Assembly (NCBI GenBank): GCA_963717145.1
Contig: OY970325.1
Coordinates: 4,928,001-4,992,000, forward strand
Direction: 5' to 3'
DNA: 64,000 nucleotides
Source: an uncultured Armatimonadetes bacterium
GTDB taxonomy: Bacteria > Armatimonadota > UBA5829 > DTJY01
The notes below the pieces were generated by a model. The model was not told where the DNA came from, ran no database searches, and was given only the letters and a program-made list of their open reading frames with translations. Shown here in pieces: positions 1 through 10,566 of this stretch. The position numbers and the translations under genes were made by a program. Within the stretch, counting starts at the first letter, position 1, and every line of letters begins with the position of its first letter.

Positions 1-5
1 CCCTA

Positions 6-34
6 AGTATACAATAATGTGCTGGCTCCGTCAA
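6..34 (-). promoter_or_regulatory. sigma70-type promoter TTGACG-N17-TATACT, directed out of the left edge of the window
   Basis: On the + strand, cgtcaa at 29-34 and agtata at 6-11, 17-bp spacer. Confidence 0.75.
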
Positions 35-39
35 GGTCG

Positions 40-1401
40 CGAATTGCTTCACGAACGATGTTACCGAAACGGAAACGTTGCCTCAGATAAGAATGTTACC
101 GAAACTGAGGCATGGAGAAGATGACAACTGCATCCGTAAGAGAAGTCGTGAGGCGCAAACGCAAAGAATATGGCAAAGCCACCAAATCGGAGAAGAAGCT
201 GGTATTGAGTGAAGTCCAGGGATTGACCGGTTACCACAGGAAGTCGCTGGTGAGGCTGTTCGCGAAAGGAGTTCCACCAGCGAGGAGTCCAGTGAGACGC
301 GCAAGGAAGTCGAAATACGAGCCGATAGCCCACAAGCTGAAGACACTCTGGGCTGCGAGTTTCTACGCGTGCGGTAAGCGTCTGCAGCCGTTTCTGACTG
401 AGTTTCTACCCATACTGGAGTCATTCGGGGAGATAACGGTTACACCAGAAGAAGAGAGGCTGCTTAACTCGATCAGCGCGTCGAGCATCGACAGGTTGAT
501 GAAGAAGGAGCGGTCTGCCCTATCGCTAACAGGGAGGACCTTAACAAAGCCGGGGACACTGCTTCGGTCTCAGATCCCGGTGAGGACGTTTGCCGACTGG
601 GATGAAGCTGAGCCTGGGTTCTTCGAGATGGACTTGGTGGGTCATTGCGGAGGTGACGGGAGCGGAGAGTTCCTGTATACTTTGACTATGACTGATGTAG
701 CGACCGGATGGGTAGCGCTTGATGGAATGAAAGGCCGAGGGGAGCACGGAACCGTGCTTGCGGTGCAGTCCGCGTCCAAGAGCGCACCGTTTGCAGTCAG
801 AGGCATAGATACCGACAACGGCGGCGAGTTCATCAACCATCACATGAACAAGTACTGTCGAGCGCACAGGATCACGTTTACGCGCAGTCGGCCTTACAAG
901 AAGAACGATCAATGTCATGTAGAGCAGAAGAACTGGAGCGTAGTCCGGCAGTTTATAGGTTACCGGCGATTCGAGACGGACGAGCAGCTTGCGGTACTAA
1001 AGGCGATATATCCGCTGATCGTGGCGTATCACAACTTCTGTCAGCCCATGATGCGTCTTAAAGAAAAGGAGCGGATTGGGAGTAAAGTGATCAAACGCTA
1101 TGAGCCTGCGATGACGCCGTACCGCAAGCTGATAAGTGTTGAAGGATGGCTTGACGATGAAGCAAAGGATCGCCTCGATAAAGAACGTAGAGCGACGAAC
1201 CCGGTGGAGCTACTAAGACGCATCCACAGGCTATCATCAAAGCTTGACAGGATGCCGAATAAAGACAGATCGAAAGCGAGCAAGGCGCGGCCCTGAGCGG
1301 CGATCAAGAGCCGATCTGACATACTTGAACACACTACTTGGTAACATTATCAATGACGCAACGAATGGCGTTTCGGTAACAAAGTTAAATGAGGCAACAC
1401 G
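40..1401 (+). mobile_element. ISNCY/IS481-like single-ORF DDE insertion sequence, copy 1
   Basis: Imperfect terminal IR (CGAATTGCTTCA / CGTGTTGCCTCA); two subterminal TTGC(C/T)TCA..ATGTTACCGAAAC repeats at the left end, mirrored at the right; flanking direct repeat ggtcg(c) at 35-40 and 1402-1407. Confidence 0.85.
112..1296 (+). CDS. Integrase-core (rve) DDE transposase
   Basis: N-terminal HTH; EMDLVGHCG, DTDNGGEFIN and SRPYKKNDQCHVEQKN motifs. Confidence 0.9.
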   Translation: MEKMTTASVREVVRRKRKEYGKATKSEKKLVLSEVQGLTGYHRKSLVRLFAKGVPPARSPVRRARKSKYEPIAHKLKTLWAASFYACGKRLQPFLTEFLPILESFGEITVTPEEERLLNSISASSIDRLMKKERSALSLTGRTLTKPGTLLRSQIPVRTFADWDEAEPGFFEMDLVGHCGGDGSGEFLYTLTMTDVATGWVALDGMKGRGEHGTVLAVQSASKSAPFAVRGIDTDNGGEFINHHMNKYCRAHRITFTRSRPYKKNDQCHVEQKNWSVVRQFIGYRRFETDEQLAVLKAIYPLIVAYHNFCQPMMRLKEKERIGSKVIKRYEPAMTPYRKLISVEGWLDDEAKDRLDKERRATNPVELLRRIHRLSSKLDRMPNKDRSKASKARP

Positions 1402-1417
1402 GGTCGCCGCGAAACAA

Positions 1418-2885
1418 GTAAGAGTTCACGATCGTTGATAGTGAAGTTGTCAGGCTGGATCGGTCGCGAGTGTCTGAGGAACGCCCGCGAGCATTCGCCG
1501 ACATGACTCCATCGCATCTTCACCACGCAAGTGCCAGGTTCCGAATAGACTCATCAGCGCCATGCGGGTCTCAGATCCCTTGGCCGATCGTGTGCCGCCG
1601 CTGATCTTGCGAGCTGTTACCGCAGGCCGGATCGCTCGCTCGGCCGCATTGTTCTCGCTTGGTACTTCCGGACATTCTACGAAGACAAACAGCTCCGGCA
1701 GGAATCTCTCGATCCGCTCAGCGAGTATCCTCTGCGGAACATCCCGCTTCACATATGGTCTGGCGAGTCGAAGCAACTCGTCCTCGAATGCGATTCGCCG
1801 CTTCTGCCGGGCCTTCGAATCATCGCCCGAAAATGCCTTCGCGCGCCTGTAAACGGCCTTGACCTTGCCGGCCCAGACTGCTACCCCTCTCTTGTCAGGG
1901 TTCGCCTCGACGAGCGTTCGCAAGTCCCGCAGGTAGTGCACCCAACACCGCTGATGCCAACCGAGCAGCACGTTGTAGCCGCAGTAGAAGTCGCTTACGA
2001 CTACACCCTCGTAGTCCTCTCCCAGCACGTCTTTTGCGACCTGGCCGCTCCGACTCTTGTTTCGGACGAAGTAGCGCACGCGTGGCGTCGTGAAGCTCCA
2101 GATGTATCCGTTCTTCCCATCTTCCCGCCAGCCGGTCTCATCCGCGTTCACCGTAGGGCTTCCTCTGACTGCTTGCAGAAGTTTCTCTACCTCCGGCTTG
2201 CCCATGGAGGCCACCTTCTGGAGTATCTTCGCGATCTCTCCGAGCCCGAGATGCAGACCGTAGAGCGACTCCAGAAGCTTCTGCACACGCTCAACCGGCA
2301 TTCTGCACACAGTGTGGAGATAGCTCACCAGGCTCATCAGCCTTATGCCCACACGGTGCGTTCCGATTACCTCCCTGGAGAGATCGAGCTTTGGCACATG
2401 CCTCTTGTGGCAGACTCCGCAGTACCGTCCGATCACTCTGTGCTCGATGATCCTCACCGGTATCTCGATTACCTGCCGACTGTGATGCACCGTGCCGCCC
2501 GAGAGCTTCCTTCCGCAGTCGGGACAGGTGTCGAGCGCGTGATCCACGATCTCAGTCGGAGTCTCCCTCAGCCGTGCAAACGACTTCTGCCGCTTCTTGC
2601 GGTCCTTCTTCTTGCGCTCCGGGCGGTTTGCCTTCACAAAGGCCGGTATCGTCCTGCCGCCGCCACCGAGCTTGGAACGGAGTTCTTCATTCTCCTTCTC
2701 AAGCGCTCGGACGCGTTCGGTGAGGGTGTCCACGCCTTCACGCAATTCCAGGACGGCCTGGTGCTGCTCCAGGACGATGCCGATCAGTTCTTCTCTTGAT
2801 AGGTTGCCGAGATCGTTCACAACCTGCCATTCGACAGCCCGCTCCAAGGTTCCTGCCTACGTTATCAATGTTCGTGAACTCTTAC
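1418..2885 (-). mobile_element. Compact single-ORF IS66-family element (ISBst12-like), copy 1
   Basis: 13-bp terminal IR GTAAGAGTTCACG at 1418 and CGTGAACTCTTAC ending at 2885; no matching 8-bp TSD. Confidence 0.85.
1450..2847 (-). CDS. IS66 family transposase (TnpC-type)
   Basis: Coiled coil, CPDCG and CGVC zinc finger, ADETGW, QRCWVH, PSENNAAERAIR. Confidence 0.92.
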   Translation of the reverse strand: MERAVEWQVVNDLGNLSREELIGIVLEQHQAVLELREGVDTLTERVRALEKENEELRSKLGGGGRTIPAFVKANRPERKKKDRKKRQKSFARLRETPTEIVDHALDTCPDCGRKLSGGTVHHSRQVIEIPVRIIEHRVIGRYCGVCHKRHVPKLDLSREVIGTHRVGIRLMSLVSYLHTVCRMPVERVQKLLESLYGLHLGLGEIAKILQKVASMGKPEVEKLLQAVRGSPTVNADETGWREDGKNGYIWSFTTPRVRYFVRNKSRSGQVAKDVLGEDYEGVVVSDFYCGYNVLLGWHQRCWVHYLRDLRTLVEANPDKRGVAVWAGKVKAVYRRAKAFSGDDSKARQKRRIAFEDELLRLARPYVKRDVPQRILAERIERFLPELFVFVECPEVPSENNAAERAIRPAVTARKISGGTRSAKGSETRMALMSLFGTWHLRGEDAMESCRRMLAGVPQTLATDPA

Positions 2886-2889
2886 CAGA

Positions 2890-3070
2890 TGACGGCGGGC
2901 GATACCCCGGCGAGCTGTGCGGAAGCATCCTGTTGTAGCGAGTCCGCTAGCGCTCGATAAGTTCCTTGCCTCGAGCAGGGTATCAAAGACCTCGCCATTC
3001 GGCAACTCATACCTCATCTTACCATTGAAGCTCTGGCAGCAATCTGCTTCACTGTGCGGAACCCGAGTCA
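2890..3070 (-). pseudogene. IS3-family transposase C-terminal remnant
   Basis: SFNGKMRYELPNGEVFDTLLEAR resembles the IS3 integrase-core motif ESFNGKLRDELLNGEIFDTLLEAR; degraded and cut by the IS66. Confidence 0.7.
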
Positions 3071-3088
3071 TGGGCGCATGCCTGTAGT

Positions 3089-4069
3089 TCATGAACGCAT
3101 GCCCTGCAGTTGCTCTGCTATGGCCTTGACAGATTCAAAGCCCTCCTGTTCGAGATCGACAATGTCGCGAATACGCTGTGCGAGACGCTGCTGTAGTTGG
3201 CGATCGTCTGTCCTGCTAAGCTTGAAGAGTAGATTGGCGATCACACGCCATGTGTTAGACAGCTGATTATATATGGCAGCACAGTGCTCTGTAGACAAGG
3301 CAGGCCACCGATGCTGCAATGCTGTGCATAAGTCGTGCATCTGCCCTCGTGTAATACTCAATCCACCTGGTCGGTTCAGCTGGCGGTAGTAATTGTATAA
3401 TGCGGGCATATCGCGGCTTCGCTCTACGTCTCGCATGAAGGCAACCATACCATAGACTCCCTGGTACTCGTTGTCGATGCTTGCGCCACCCAGACGGTCA
3501 ACCGTAATCATCAGCCCGCGTGCGATCGCCTTCTCCGCGGACTCCGACTGCCATATCGTGCGTAGAGATGTATAGTGTATGTCCACTTGTCCATTTCGAT
3601 CCACGGCTTTGCAGAATACCTGAGGGTTCAGTCGGTAACGCCCGTTATCGAAAAATAGCACCTGATCTTCTCTCACATCGAGTATGGGGACCACGCTCCA
3701 ATAGGAGGCAATGCCGGCGTACTCCGTGTGAGCCAGGTAGAAGTCGTTTATCCATACCAGAGGGATATGGTCTTGCTCCAGCAACTCGCGCAAGGATTGC
3801 AAGCACTCTTTTCCAGTAGCCAATTGAACATGTGTGAGTGGCTGAGCCAGGCAGTGCATGAACCTGGCAAATAAGTCCTCGTGGGTGCCGCTTCTACCAT
3901 GAACTACCTCCTTTGATGGTACGGCAACAGCTGAGTAGTAGAATCCCCAGTACCCCAGCATCGCTGCCAGCGTGCTCTCCGACATATCCAGATGGTAACA
4001 CTGGAGGTAACACCGCAGATTCACCAGGAAGCAGAATACCCCTGTCTCATCAAAATATGCTCTGCTCAT
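3089..4069 (-). CDS. BtrH-like protein (butirosin biosynthesis protein H N-terminal domain); possible ACP-dependent acyltransferase
   Basis: N-terminal FCFL..LR, 'PLVWINDFYLAH' (BtrH-type DxFYL), helical C-terminus; recognised by resemblance only. Confidence 0.55.
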   Translation of the reverse strand: MSRAYFDETGVFCFLVNLRCYLQCYHLDMSESTLAAMLGYWGFYYSAVAVPSKEVVHGRSGTHEDLFARFMHCLAQPLTHVQLATGKECLQSLRELLEQDHIPLVWINDFYLAHTEYAGIASYWSVVPILDVREDQVLFFDNGRYRLNPQVFCKAVDRNGQVDIHYTSLRTIWQSESAEKAIARGLMITVDRLGGASIDNEYQGVYGMVAFMRDVERSRDMPALYNYYRQLNRPGGLSITRGQMHDLCTALQHRWPALSTEHCAAIYNQLSNTWRVIANLLFKLSRTDDRQLQQRLAQRIRDIVDLEQEGFESVKAIAEQLQGMRS

Positions 4070-4226
4070 ACAGGTAGTTGGCTAGTTAAGCCACCCTCGC
4101 CACTGCCGTACATCTCGTAGGTGATCACTAGATGATCGGAGCACAGATTGAAGATCAGCGGCAGTGTTGTATATGAACGTTCAAGATGGCGGCCATTCTA
4201 CAGATGAGTCACTTCCTCACATCCAT

Positions 4227-5162
4227 CTAGGCCCCTGGATGGTCTGTGCCCATTGTCGGCATCTGTCCCGTAGCCCATCGCATGAAGGCATCAACACCGA
4301 TTCCGCCAGTGACGAACTTGTGGAACAACAGGATGTTCTCATCGTGATGCTTCTCATAGAAATAGGCACTTGTCTCAGAGTGCTCGGCATCAAACGTCCG
4401 CCGATAATGGGCAAGGTGATAGTTCGTGGCCTGTGGGCAGTAGCCGAACGGCCTGTTCTGGTTGAAGAGGCGATAACCTAGCTCAACATCCTCACAACCC
4501 CAACTGCGTCCGAATCCCTCATCAAACCCTCCCGCCTGTTCAACCCATGCCTTATGCACTGCCATGTTGCCACCGATAAAACCAATCCAAGGTGCCTGCG
4601 CCCCTTCGCGCGTCAGCACAGTCTCAATAATCCGCTCGATCGCGGAACGCCTCTGATAGCAGGACACCTTCTGATCAAAACGTTCACGCACATCCGCTTC
4701 ACTAAGGCATTGCTCTCGCAGCGCATCATAATGAGCAGCCGTCGCAGCAACTTCCGGGTAAAACACACCATGCGTGGGATCGGCGAAGAACTTCAGATGC
4801 GCCAGGTTCACGGTTCTCCCGTGGACAGCGCGCAGTTGTTGCTCTTGCATATCTACATGTGCGGCTATGAACTCCGGACACAGCAGTACGTCATCATCCG
4901 TGAAGATCAGTAACTCATGTACGGCCTTAGCGATTCCGGCGTTGCGCGCAGCGGCTCGTCCTTTATTGTGCTGCGAGATCGCCGTCCACCGGAATGGTAG
5001 CTCGAGTTGGCGCAGAAACTGCGCCGTCCCATCGGTCGACCCATCATCGACAAAGATGACCTCGACATCATCATGCAGGCACGATTGGTTGACCAGCGAC
5101 GCCGCCATCAACACTAATCGCGATATTTTGTTGAATGTCGGGACGATCACTGATGCTTTCAT
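4227..5162 (-). CDS. Glycosyltransferase family 2
   Basis: Probable start MKASVIVPTFN (ATG 5162); VDDGSTD, AAARNAG, FTDDD, GGFDE..WGCEDVELGYR. Confidence 0.9.
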   Translation of the reverse strand: MKASVIVPTFNKISRLVLMAASLVNQSCLHDDVEVIFVDDGSTDGTAQFLRQLELPFRWTAISQHNKGRAAARNAGIAKAVHELLIFTDDDVLLCPEFIAAHVDMQEQQLRAVHGRTVNLAHLKFFADPTHGVFYPEVAATAAHYDALREQCLSEADVRERFDQKVSCYQRRSAIERIIETVLTREGAQAPWIGFIGGNMAVHKAWVEQAGGFDEGFGRSWGCEDVELGYRLFNQNRPFGYCPQATNYHLAHYRRTFDAEHSETSAYFYEKHHDENILLFHKFVTGGIGVDAFMRWATGQMPTMGTDHPGA

Positions 5163-5190
5163 AGCAGTTATCTGGCTGAGAAGTAGCACG

Positions 5191-7000
5191 TCAGAGGCTA
5201 CGGAACTGTGCCGTACCAAAGCCAATCTGTGCAGCCTCTTGCACCAACACATCCTCAAGTTTCCCTCTGAAATACGCTCGATTATATGCGTCAATCATCT
5301 GAGAGATCCGAGCTTCCAATGCCCCAGCGAACTCCTTCTGGGCCGGTTGATAAGCGCCCAAATGTGCGACGCTTTCCAGTAAGATATCGACCACAAGGTG
5401 ACCAAGATTGTGCCGCCACCGACCGACAGCCTGGACAAAAGCCAGAAAATGAGCCATCTCATCGTCGGTCGATGAGAAACGAGTTTCCCTCGCATGGGTG
5501 CGCCAATGAGCTAGCATTGCAGGGAACACCTCATCCGCCCAGAAAGACAACCGATTCGTCTGGAGCACTAGTACGTTCCAAGTATCCCGGATGAACGGGT
5601 CGATGATCTCGTACGGACGGCTCGAAGATTCGTCGGCAGAAGCTCATCAGCTGCTCGGGATCATCCATATTCTCTCGAACCTGCCAAGGATCAACACGGG
5701 ATATCAGACCGTCAGTGAGCAACTGTGATTCAATCGCTGTACCAGGAAATACAATTACTTGATTGAACAAATATAAGGGCGAAAAAAAAGGAGAATTCTC
5801 GATGCACATGTCCGTTTCGCTGATGAACTGAACCGTTTCCCGGTATTCTTGAATGGTGGTATATGGATCGACAAGGATCATGGATGTCTCCAAATGAAAC
5901 CCTTGTTTTCGCATGAACTCAATCGCATGGCGATTCTGTGCAACTGTCGTTCCTTTTCGATAGCGATTCAAGGTGCTCTGTGCACCGGATTCAATGCCGA
6001 GGAACACATCCTGCAATCCAGCAGTTCTCAATAGGGTGAATAGTTCCGGGTCGAGACTGATATCGACACGGACTTCTATCCAAAATCTCAGCCTCATTTT
6101 GTTGTCAAGAATGCGATGTGCGAGTTCATACAACCGTTGATGCCCAGAATCCCCGTAGCCGAAAAAGTTTTCATCAATGATCGTCAGATACTCAATACCA
6201 AACTCTCGTACCAAGTACTCAATCTCTTCAAATACCGAATCAACCGAACGACAGCGCCATGCCGTAGGTACAAGGGCTGCACATGCCGGTGCCCCGCAGT
6301 ATGTACACCGACCACGACATCCCCGGCTGGTGAAGATGGAGGCTGTACGGAGGGTGATTCCATCACGCAGTAAGCGCTCCTTGAGCTCTGCAAACGTATC
6401 GCGGGCGGCAAAGGGAAGGCTCGATAGATCCTCAACCACCGGCCCGCACGCGTTGACTACAACACGTGTGCCATCCCGCCAAGCCAGACCAGGTAGGTCT
6501 TGCCACTCCTCTCCCCGCTTCAAACGTTCAAGGAGGCGTATCAGGGTGACCTCTCCCTCTCCCCGAACAACCGAGTCGAATTCAGGAATTCCGGCCAGCA
6601 GATACTCATATGTCATTGTCGCAAACGGACCGCCTATGCTGATATGCCCGTGGTAGCCACGTTGCCTCAGAGCACGTGCAATCCGACACGCCTCAACCGT
6701 ATGCAGGTCATATAGCAGGCTGATACCGACAAGCGGTGGGTTGATGGCCAGCACCCGATCACAAACATCATCGATATCCAGATCATGCAGATGGGCGCTC
6801 AATATCTGAACAGTGTAGCCGTATGAACGCGCATAGGAAGCCAGACAGCATAAACCGAGATTATCCTTCAGGAACTTGGCGTAGACTGCATTCATTGGTC
6901 CGCCCGTGAAAACTTCGACATCATTTCTGACATTCTTCTCTCGAAACAATGTCTTATCGCGAAGCGATGTCTCCTTTGGGGCGATTAATATGACATCCAT
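5191..7000 (-). CDS. Cobalamin-dependent (class B) radical SAM protein, copy A; contains a +1 frameshift at about 5625
   Basis: B12-binding N-terminus, SRGCRGRCTYC motif; removing one A at 5625-5626 (ctcgaagatt vs ctcgagatt in the paralog) joins ORFs 5531..7000 and 5191..5568 into a full-length homolog of copy B. Confidence 0.85.
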
Positions 7001-7179
7001 TTGATCTGCTCCATGGTCAGCTCACAGGCAAGCGGCTCTTCAGATGGATCCGTCTTCCAGTGAAGGCCTCACGCGGCACGAGACTGTGCCAGCGCATCCT
7101 GCAATGAATCGTACTATAACCTGTCTGAACGCTCTATCTGCGCCATTCCTCTTGATAACCACATCGGTGAATTGACTCG

Positions 7180-9027
7180 TCAACACTGTGGCTGATCCAA
7201 GTATGAACAAAGCTGAGGTTGGCCATAGCAGCCTATTCTTGCTGCCACTCTGGCTAATAATCCGTCAAGCTCCTCGCCGAAACACGCCCGGTTGTAGCAA
7301 TCGATCATCTCTGCGATCCGGGTGCTTAGGGCAAGAGCAAACCCGGGATATATGGGCCGACGGCTGTCGGTGCATTCGATACTTTGGCGCATCATGTCCA
7401 TCACCAGCGAGCCCAAATCGTGCCGCCAACGACCGGCAGCATGGACAAAAGATGTATACCGCTCTGTCTCTGTGTCAGCCGACACGGCGCGCCTTTGTTT
7501 TGTATATAGCCGCCAATGACCAAGCAAGGCAGGGAAGATATCATCGTCTAGCAGTGCAAGACGGTTACTCTGGGTAGCTAGGACGTCCCAGATATCCCGG
7601 ATGAACGGATCGATGATCTCGTACGGACGGCTCGAGATTCGTCGGCAGAAGCTCATCAGCTGCTCGGGATCATCCATATTCTCTCGAACCTGCCAAGGAT
7701 CAACACGGGATATCAGACCGTCAGTGAGCAACTGTGATTCAATCGCTGTACCAGGAAATACGACTAGTCGGTTGAATAAAAACAAAGGAAAAGCTTCCCG
7801 ATGAATCTCCATCTCTTCGATGAATTGAACCGTTTCCCGGTATTCTTGAATGGTGGTATATGGATCGACAAGGATCATCGCCAACTCCCGATGAAACCCT
7901 TGTTTTCGCATGAACTCAATCGCATGGCGATTCTGTGCAACTGTCGTTCCTTTTCGATAGCGATTCAAGGTGCTCTGTGCACCGGATTCAATGCCGAGGA
8001 GCACATCCTGCAATCCAGCAGTTCTCAATAGGGTGAATAGTTCCGGGTCGAGACTGATATCGACACGGACTTGCACCCAAAATCTCAGCCTCATTTTGTT
8101 GTCAAGAATGCGATGTGCGAGTTCATACAACCGTTGATGCCCGGAATCCCCGTAGCCGAAAAAGTTTTCATCAATGATCGTCAGATACTCAATACCAAAC
8201 TCTCGTACCAAGTACTCAATCTCTTCAAATACCGAATCAACCGAACGACAGCGCCATGCCGTAGGTACAAGGGCTGCACATGCCGGTGCCCCGCAGTATG
8301 TACACCGACCACGACATCCCCGGCTGGTGAAGATGGAGGCTGTACGGAGGGTGATTCCATCACGCAGTAAGCGCTCCTTGAGCTCTGCAAACGTATCGCG
8401 GGCGGCAAAGGGAAGGCTCGATAGATCCTCGACCACCGGCCCGCACGCGTTGACTACAACACGTGTGCCATCCCGCCAAGCCAGACCAGGTAGGTCTTGC
8501 CACTCCTCTCCCCGCTTCAAACGTTCAAGGAGGCGTATCAGGGTGACCTCTCCCTCTCCCCGAACAACCGAGTCGAATTCAGGAATTCCGGCCAGCAGAT
8601 ACTCATATGTCATTGTCGCAAACGGACCGCCTATGCTGATATGCCCGTGGTAGCCACGTTGCCTCAGAGCACGTGCAATCCGACACGCCTCAACCGTATG
8701 CAGGTCATATAGCAGGCTGATACCGACAAGCGGTGGGTTGATGGCCAGCACCCGATCACAAACATCATCGATATCCAGATCATGCAGATGGGCGCTCAAT
8801 ATCTGAACAGTGTAGCCGTATGAACGCGCATAGGAAGCCAGACAGCATAAACCGAGATTATCCTTCAGTACCTTGACATAGACGCTACTCATGGGACTGC
8901 CGGACAATCTGTCGTAGTCATTCTTCGTTATACCGTCGCGGAACAAGACAGAATTCCGCAGGGACAATTCACGAGGCCCTATCAATATGGCATCCACTTG
9001 GCTTATATCCTCTGCCCCGTCACACAC
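7180..9027 (-). CDS. Cobalamin-dependent (class B) radical SAM protein, copy B
   Basis: LGLCCLASY..GGPFAT..VRGEGE B12 domain; CRGRCTYC; GIESG; start may be slightly downstream (VDAILIGP). Confidence 0.9.
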   Translation of the reverse strand: MCDGAEDISQVDAILIGPRELSLRNSVLFRDGITKNDYDRLSGSPMSSVYVKVLKDNLGLCCLASYARSYGYTVQILSAHLHDLDIDDVCDRVLAINPPLVGISLLYDLHTVEACRIARALRQRGYHGHISIGGPFATMTYEYLLAGIPEFDSVVRGEGEVTLIRLLERLKRGEEWQDLPGLAWRDGTRVVVNACGPVVEDLSSLPFAARDTFAELKERLLRDGITLRTASIFTSRGCRGRCTYCGAPACAALVPTAWRCRSVDSVFEEIEYLVREFGIEYLTIIDENFFGYGDSGHQRLYELAHRILDNKMRLRFWVQVRVDISLDPELFTLLRTAGLQDVLLGIESGAQSTLNRYRKGTTVAQNRHAIEFMRKQGFHRELAMILVDPYTTIQEYRETVQFIEEMEIHREAFPLFLFNRLVVFPGTAIESQLLTDGLISRVDPWQVRENMDDPEQLMSFCRRISSRPYEIIDPFIRDIWDVLATQSNRLALLDDDIFPALLGHWRLYTKQRRAVSADTETERYTSFVHAAGRWRHDLGSLVMDMMRQSIECTDSRRPIYPGFALALSTRIAEMIDCYNRACFGEELDGLLARVAARIGCYGQPQLCSYLDQPQC

Positions 9028-9752
9028 CAGATGCGCTCATATTGGCCGCCTTGACCAAGAATACTGGCGTGCTCAATAAGTCTTTCGATCTCTCTGGGCC
9101 CAATCTGGCTCTGGTACTGCCCCACTAACTCGCGCTTCCTCTCGATCCACCCATCGACGGGAATCAGATGTTCGACGAGGCGCCATCCCGCAGATGCCAA
9201 AGTGTCCAACGCACGCTCCACCCAAGGGGGGTGGAGCGCATAGGGCAATTCCTCATAGAGGAACAGCGTTGGCCTATCCTTCACCGGTAAGCCCTGCCAC
9301 CAGGACAATCCGGCCTCACGCGCGAGCACATGGTCAACATGAGCCCCGATTCCCAGCGGAAGCCCTATCTGATTTGGCAGCGCCGCATTGTATATCCGAG
9401 AGAACCCCACTATAATGGTATCATACACTTCACGTTCAGCCTCCGGAATGTCAGAACTCGTAAAACTGCAGCCCAGAATGTCGCGCAGCCGCTGATAGCC
9501 ACGCAAGTAGGCATCCGGCAACGCTTCGAATTGCAGTGCTACGCTCGACATCTCAGAGAAGCGTTGCTCCTCGTCTAGGATCCGTTGCCGAGCCTCCGCA
9601 CGGGACTCGGGAAGAATTGTATACTCCTGCACTGTAAAGATATCCCATACGATCACCTGCGATCGACGGGGTTGTACAATGCTGGCGCCCAGTGAGAAAC
9701 AAGCGTCATCACAATGTGGGGATGTAAGCAGGATCGTATTACTCATATCCAC
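9003..9752 (-). CDS. PIG-L/LmbE family N-deacetylase
   Basis: SPHCDD and GAHVDH metal motifs, YEELPY, YQSQ. Confidence 0.88.
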   Translation of the reverse strand: MDMSNTILLTSPHCDDACFSLGASIVQPRRSQVIVWDIFTVQEYTILPESRAEARQRILDEEQRFSEMSSVALQFEALPDAYLRGYQRLRDILGCSFTSSDIPEAEREVYDTIIVGFSRIYNAALPNQIGLPLGIGAHVDHVLAREAGLSWWQGLPVKDRPTLFLYEELPYALHPPWVERALDTLASAGWRLVEHLIPVDGWIERKRELVGQYQSQIGPREIERLIEHASILGQGGQYERIWCVTGQRI

Positions 9753-10560
9753 CTGATATCATGCACCGACGCGGTGCCTCTGAGAGTTCACTGATCCTGA
9801 CCGAATCAGACTGGTCACCATGATGAAAGGCTTCAATCGTCGCATAGCCGTCATAGCTCACGGAGTACGGGGCAGCGAATGTCGTGGGCCAATCGAAATC
9901 GCCTTGTCCGATAGCCGCAAACTCGGTAAACAACTTGCGAACCCTCCGGATATCGGTGACATGTAGCTTGCGAATCCAATGATCTAGTGCTTCGACCCAG
10001 TGGCGTGGGTAGCCGGCCAAGCAGGCATTCCGGGTATCCAGACAAGCCGCGACACTGGAACTGTCGAGGGTATCAATGAATCCAGCAAATTCTAGTGGGC
10101 TCAACAGGAAGCCTTGCCAGTCATTCTCAAGGCAGATGACCACGCCAAGCGCTTGAGCCCGGCGCGCCCAAAAGTCATAGTGCTCTGAGGCACGCTGGTA
10201 AACTGCTCGATAGCTGACATCAGAGGTAACCTTGCCGGGAGCGAGTTGGACGGTCGGGATCCCCAACTCGGCGGCGATTCGGCACGCGTAGTCACGCTCC
10301 TCAGTGTCATCCACCGTGATGCGGACGGTGTTGAACAACAGCGCTGACAGACTGCTCAAGAATGCACCGGTTTTTGGGGTTGCCTTACGCAGTGCGGTGA
10401 GTCCCGCTATCGTTGTATAGAAACTAATCAGACCGCTGGCGTCGAAGCTTATCTCCAAGGCATCAAAGCCTGCATGCCGAGCCAACGCTGCGGCATCGCT
10501 AGTGGAAAGCTCCCCAGTCTGACCCCCGGCAAATGCACAGATAGTAATAGCGGTCTTCGT
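9739..10560 (-). CDS. Sugar phosphate isomerase/epimerase (xylose isomerase-like TIM barrel)
   Basis: GFDALE, ICLEND, CLDTRN, HVTD, GQGDFDW, YDGYATIE; open frame extends to an ACG at 10558-10560 behind a GAGGTGA RBS. Confidence 0.8.
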   Translation of the reverse strand, partial: TKTAITICAFAGGQTGELSTSDAAALARHAGFDALEISFDASGLISFYTTIAGLTALRKATPKTGAFLSSLSALLFNTVRITVDDTEERDYACRIAAELGIPTVQLAPGKVTSDVSYRAVYQRASEHYDFWARRAQALGVVICLENDWQGFLLSPLEFAGFIDTLDSSSVAACLDTRNACLAGYPRHWVEALDHWIRKLHVTDIRRVRKLFTEFAAIGQGDFDWPTTFAAPYSVSYDGYATIEAFHHGDQSDSVRISELSEAPRRCMISGGYE

Positions 10561-10566
10561 AGCAGA

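Noticed and set aside
5782-5789. A8 tract in the variable loop of radical SAM copy A as a phase-variation switch
   Set aside because: The tract is short and in frame; the actual frameshift is elsewhere (about 5625) and not in a long homopolymer.
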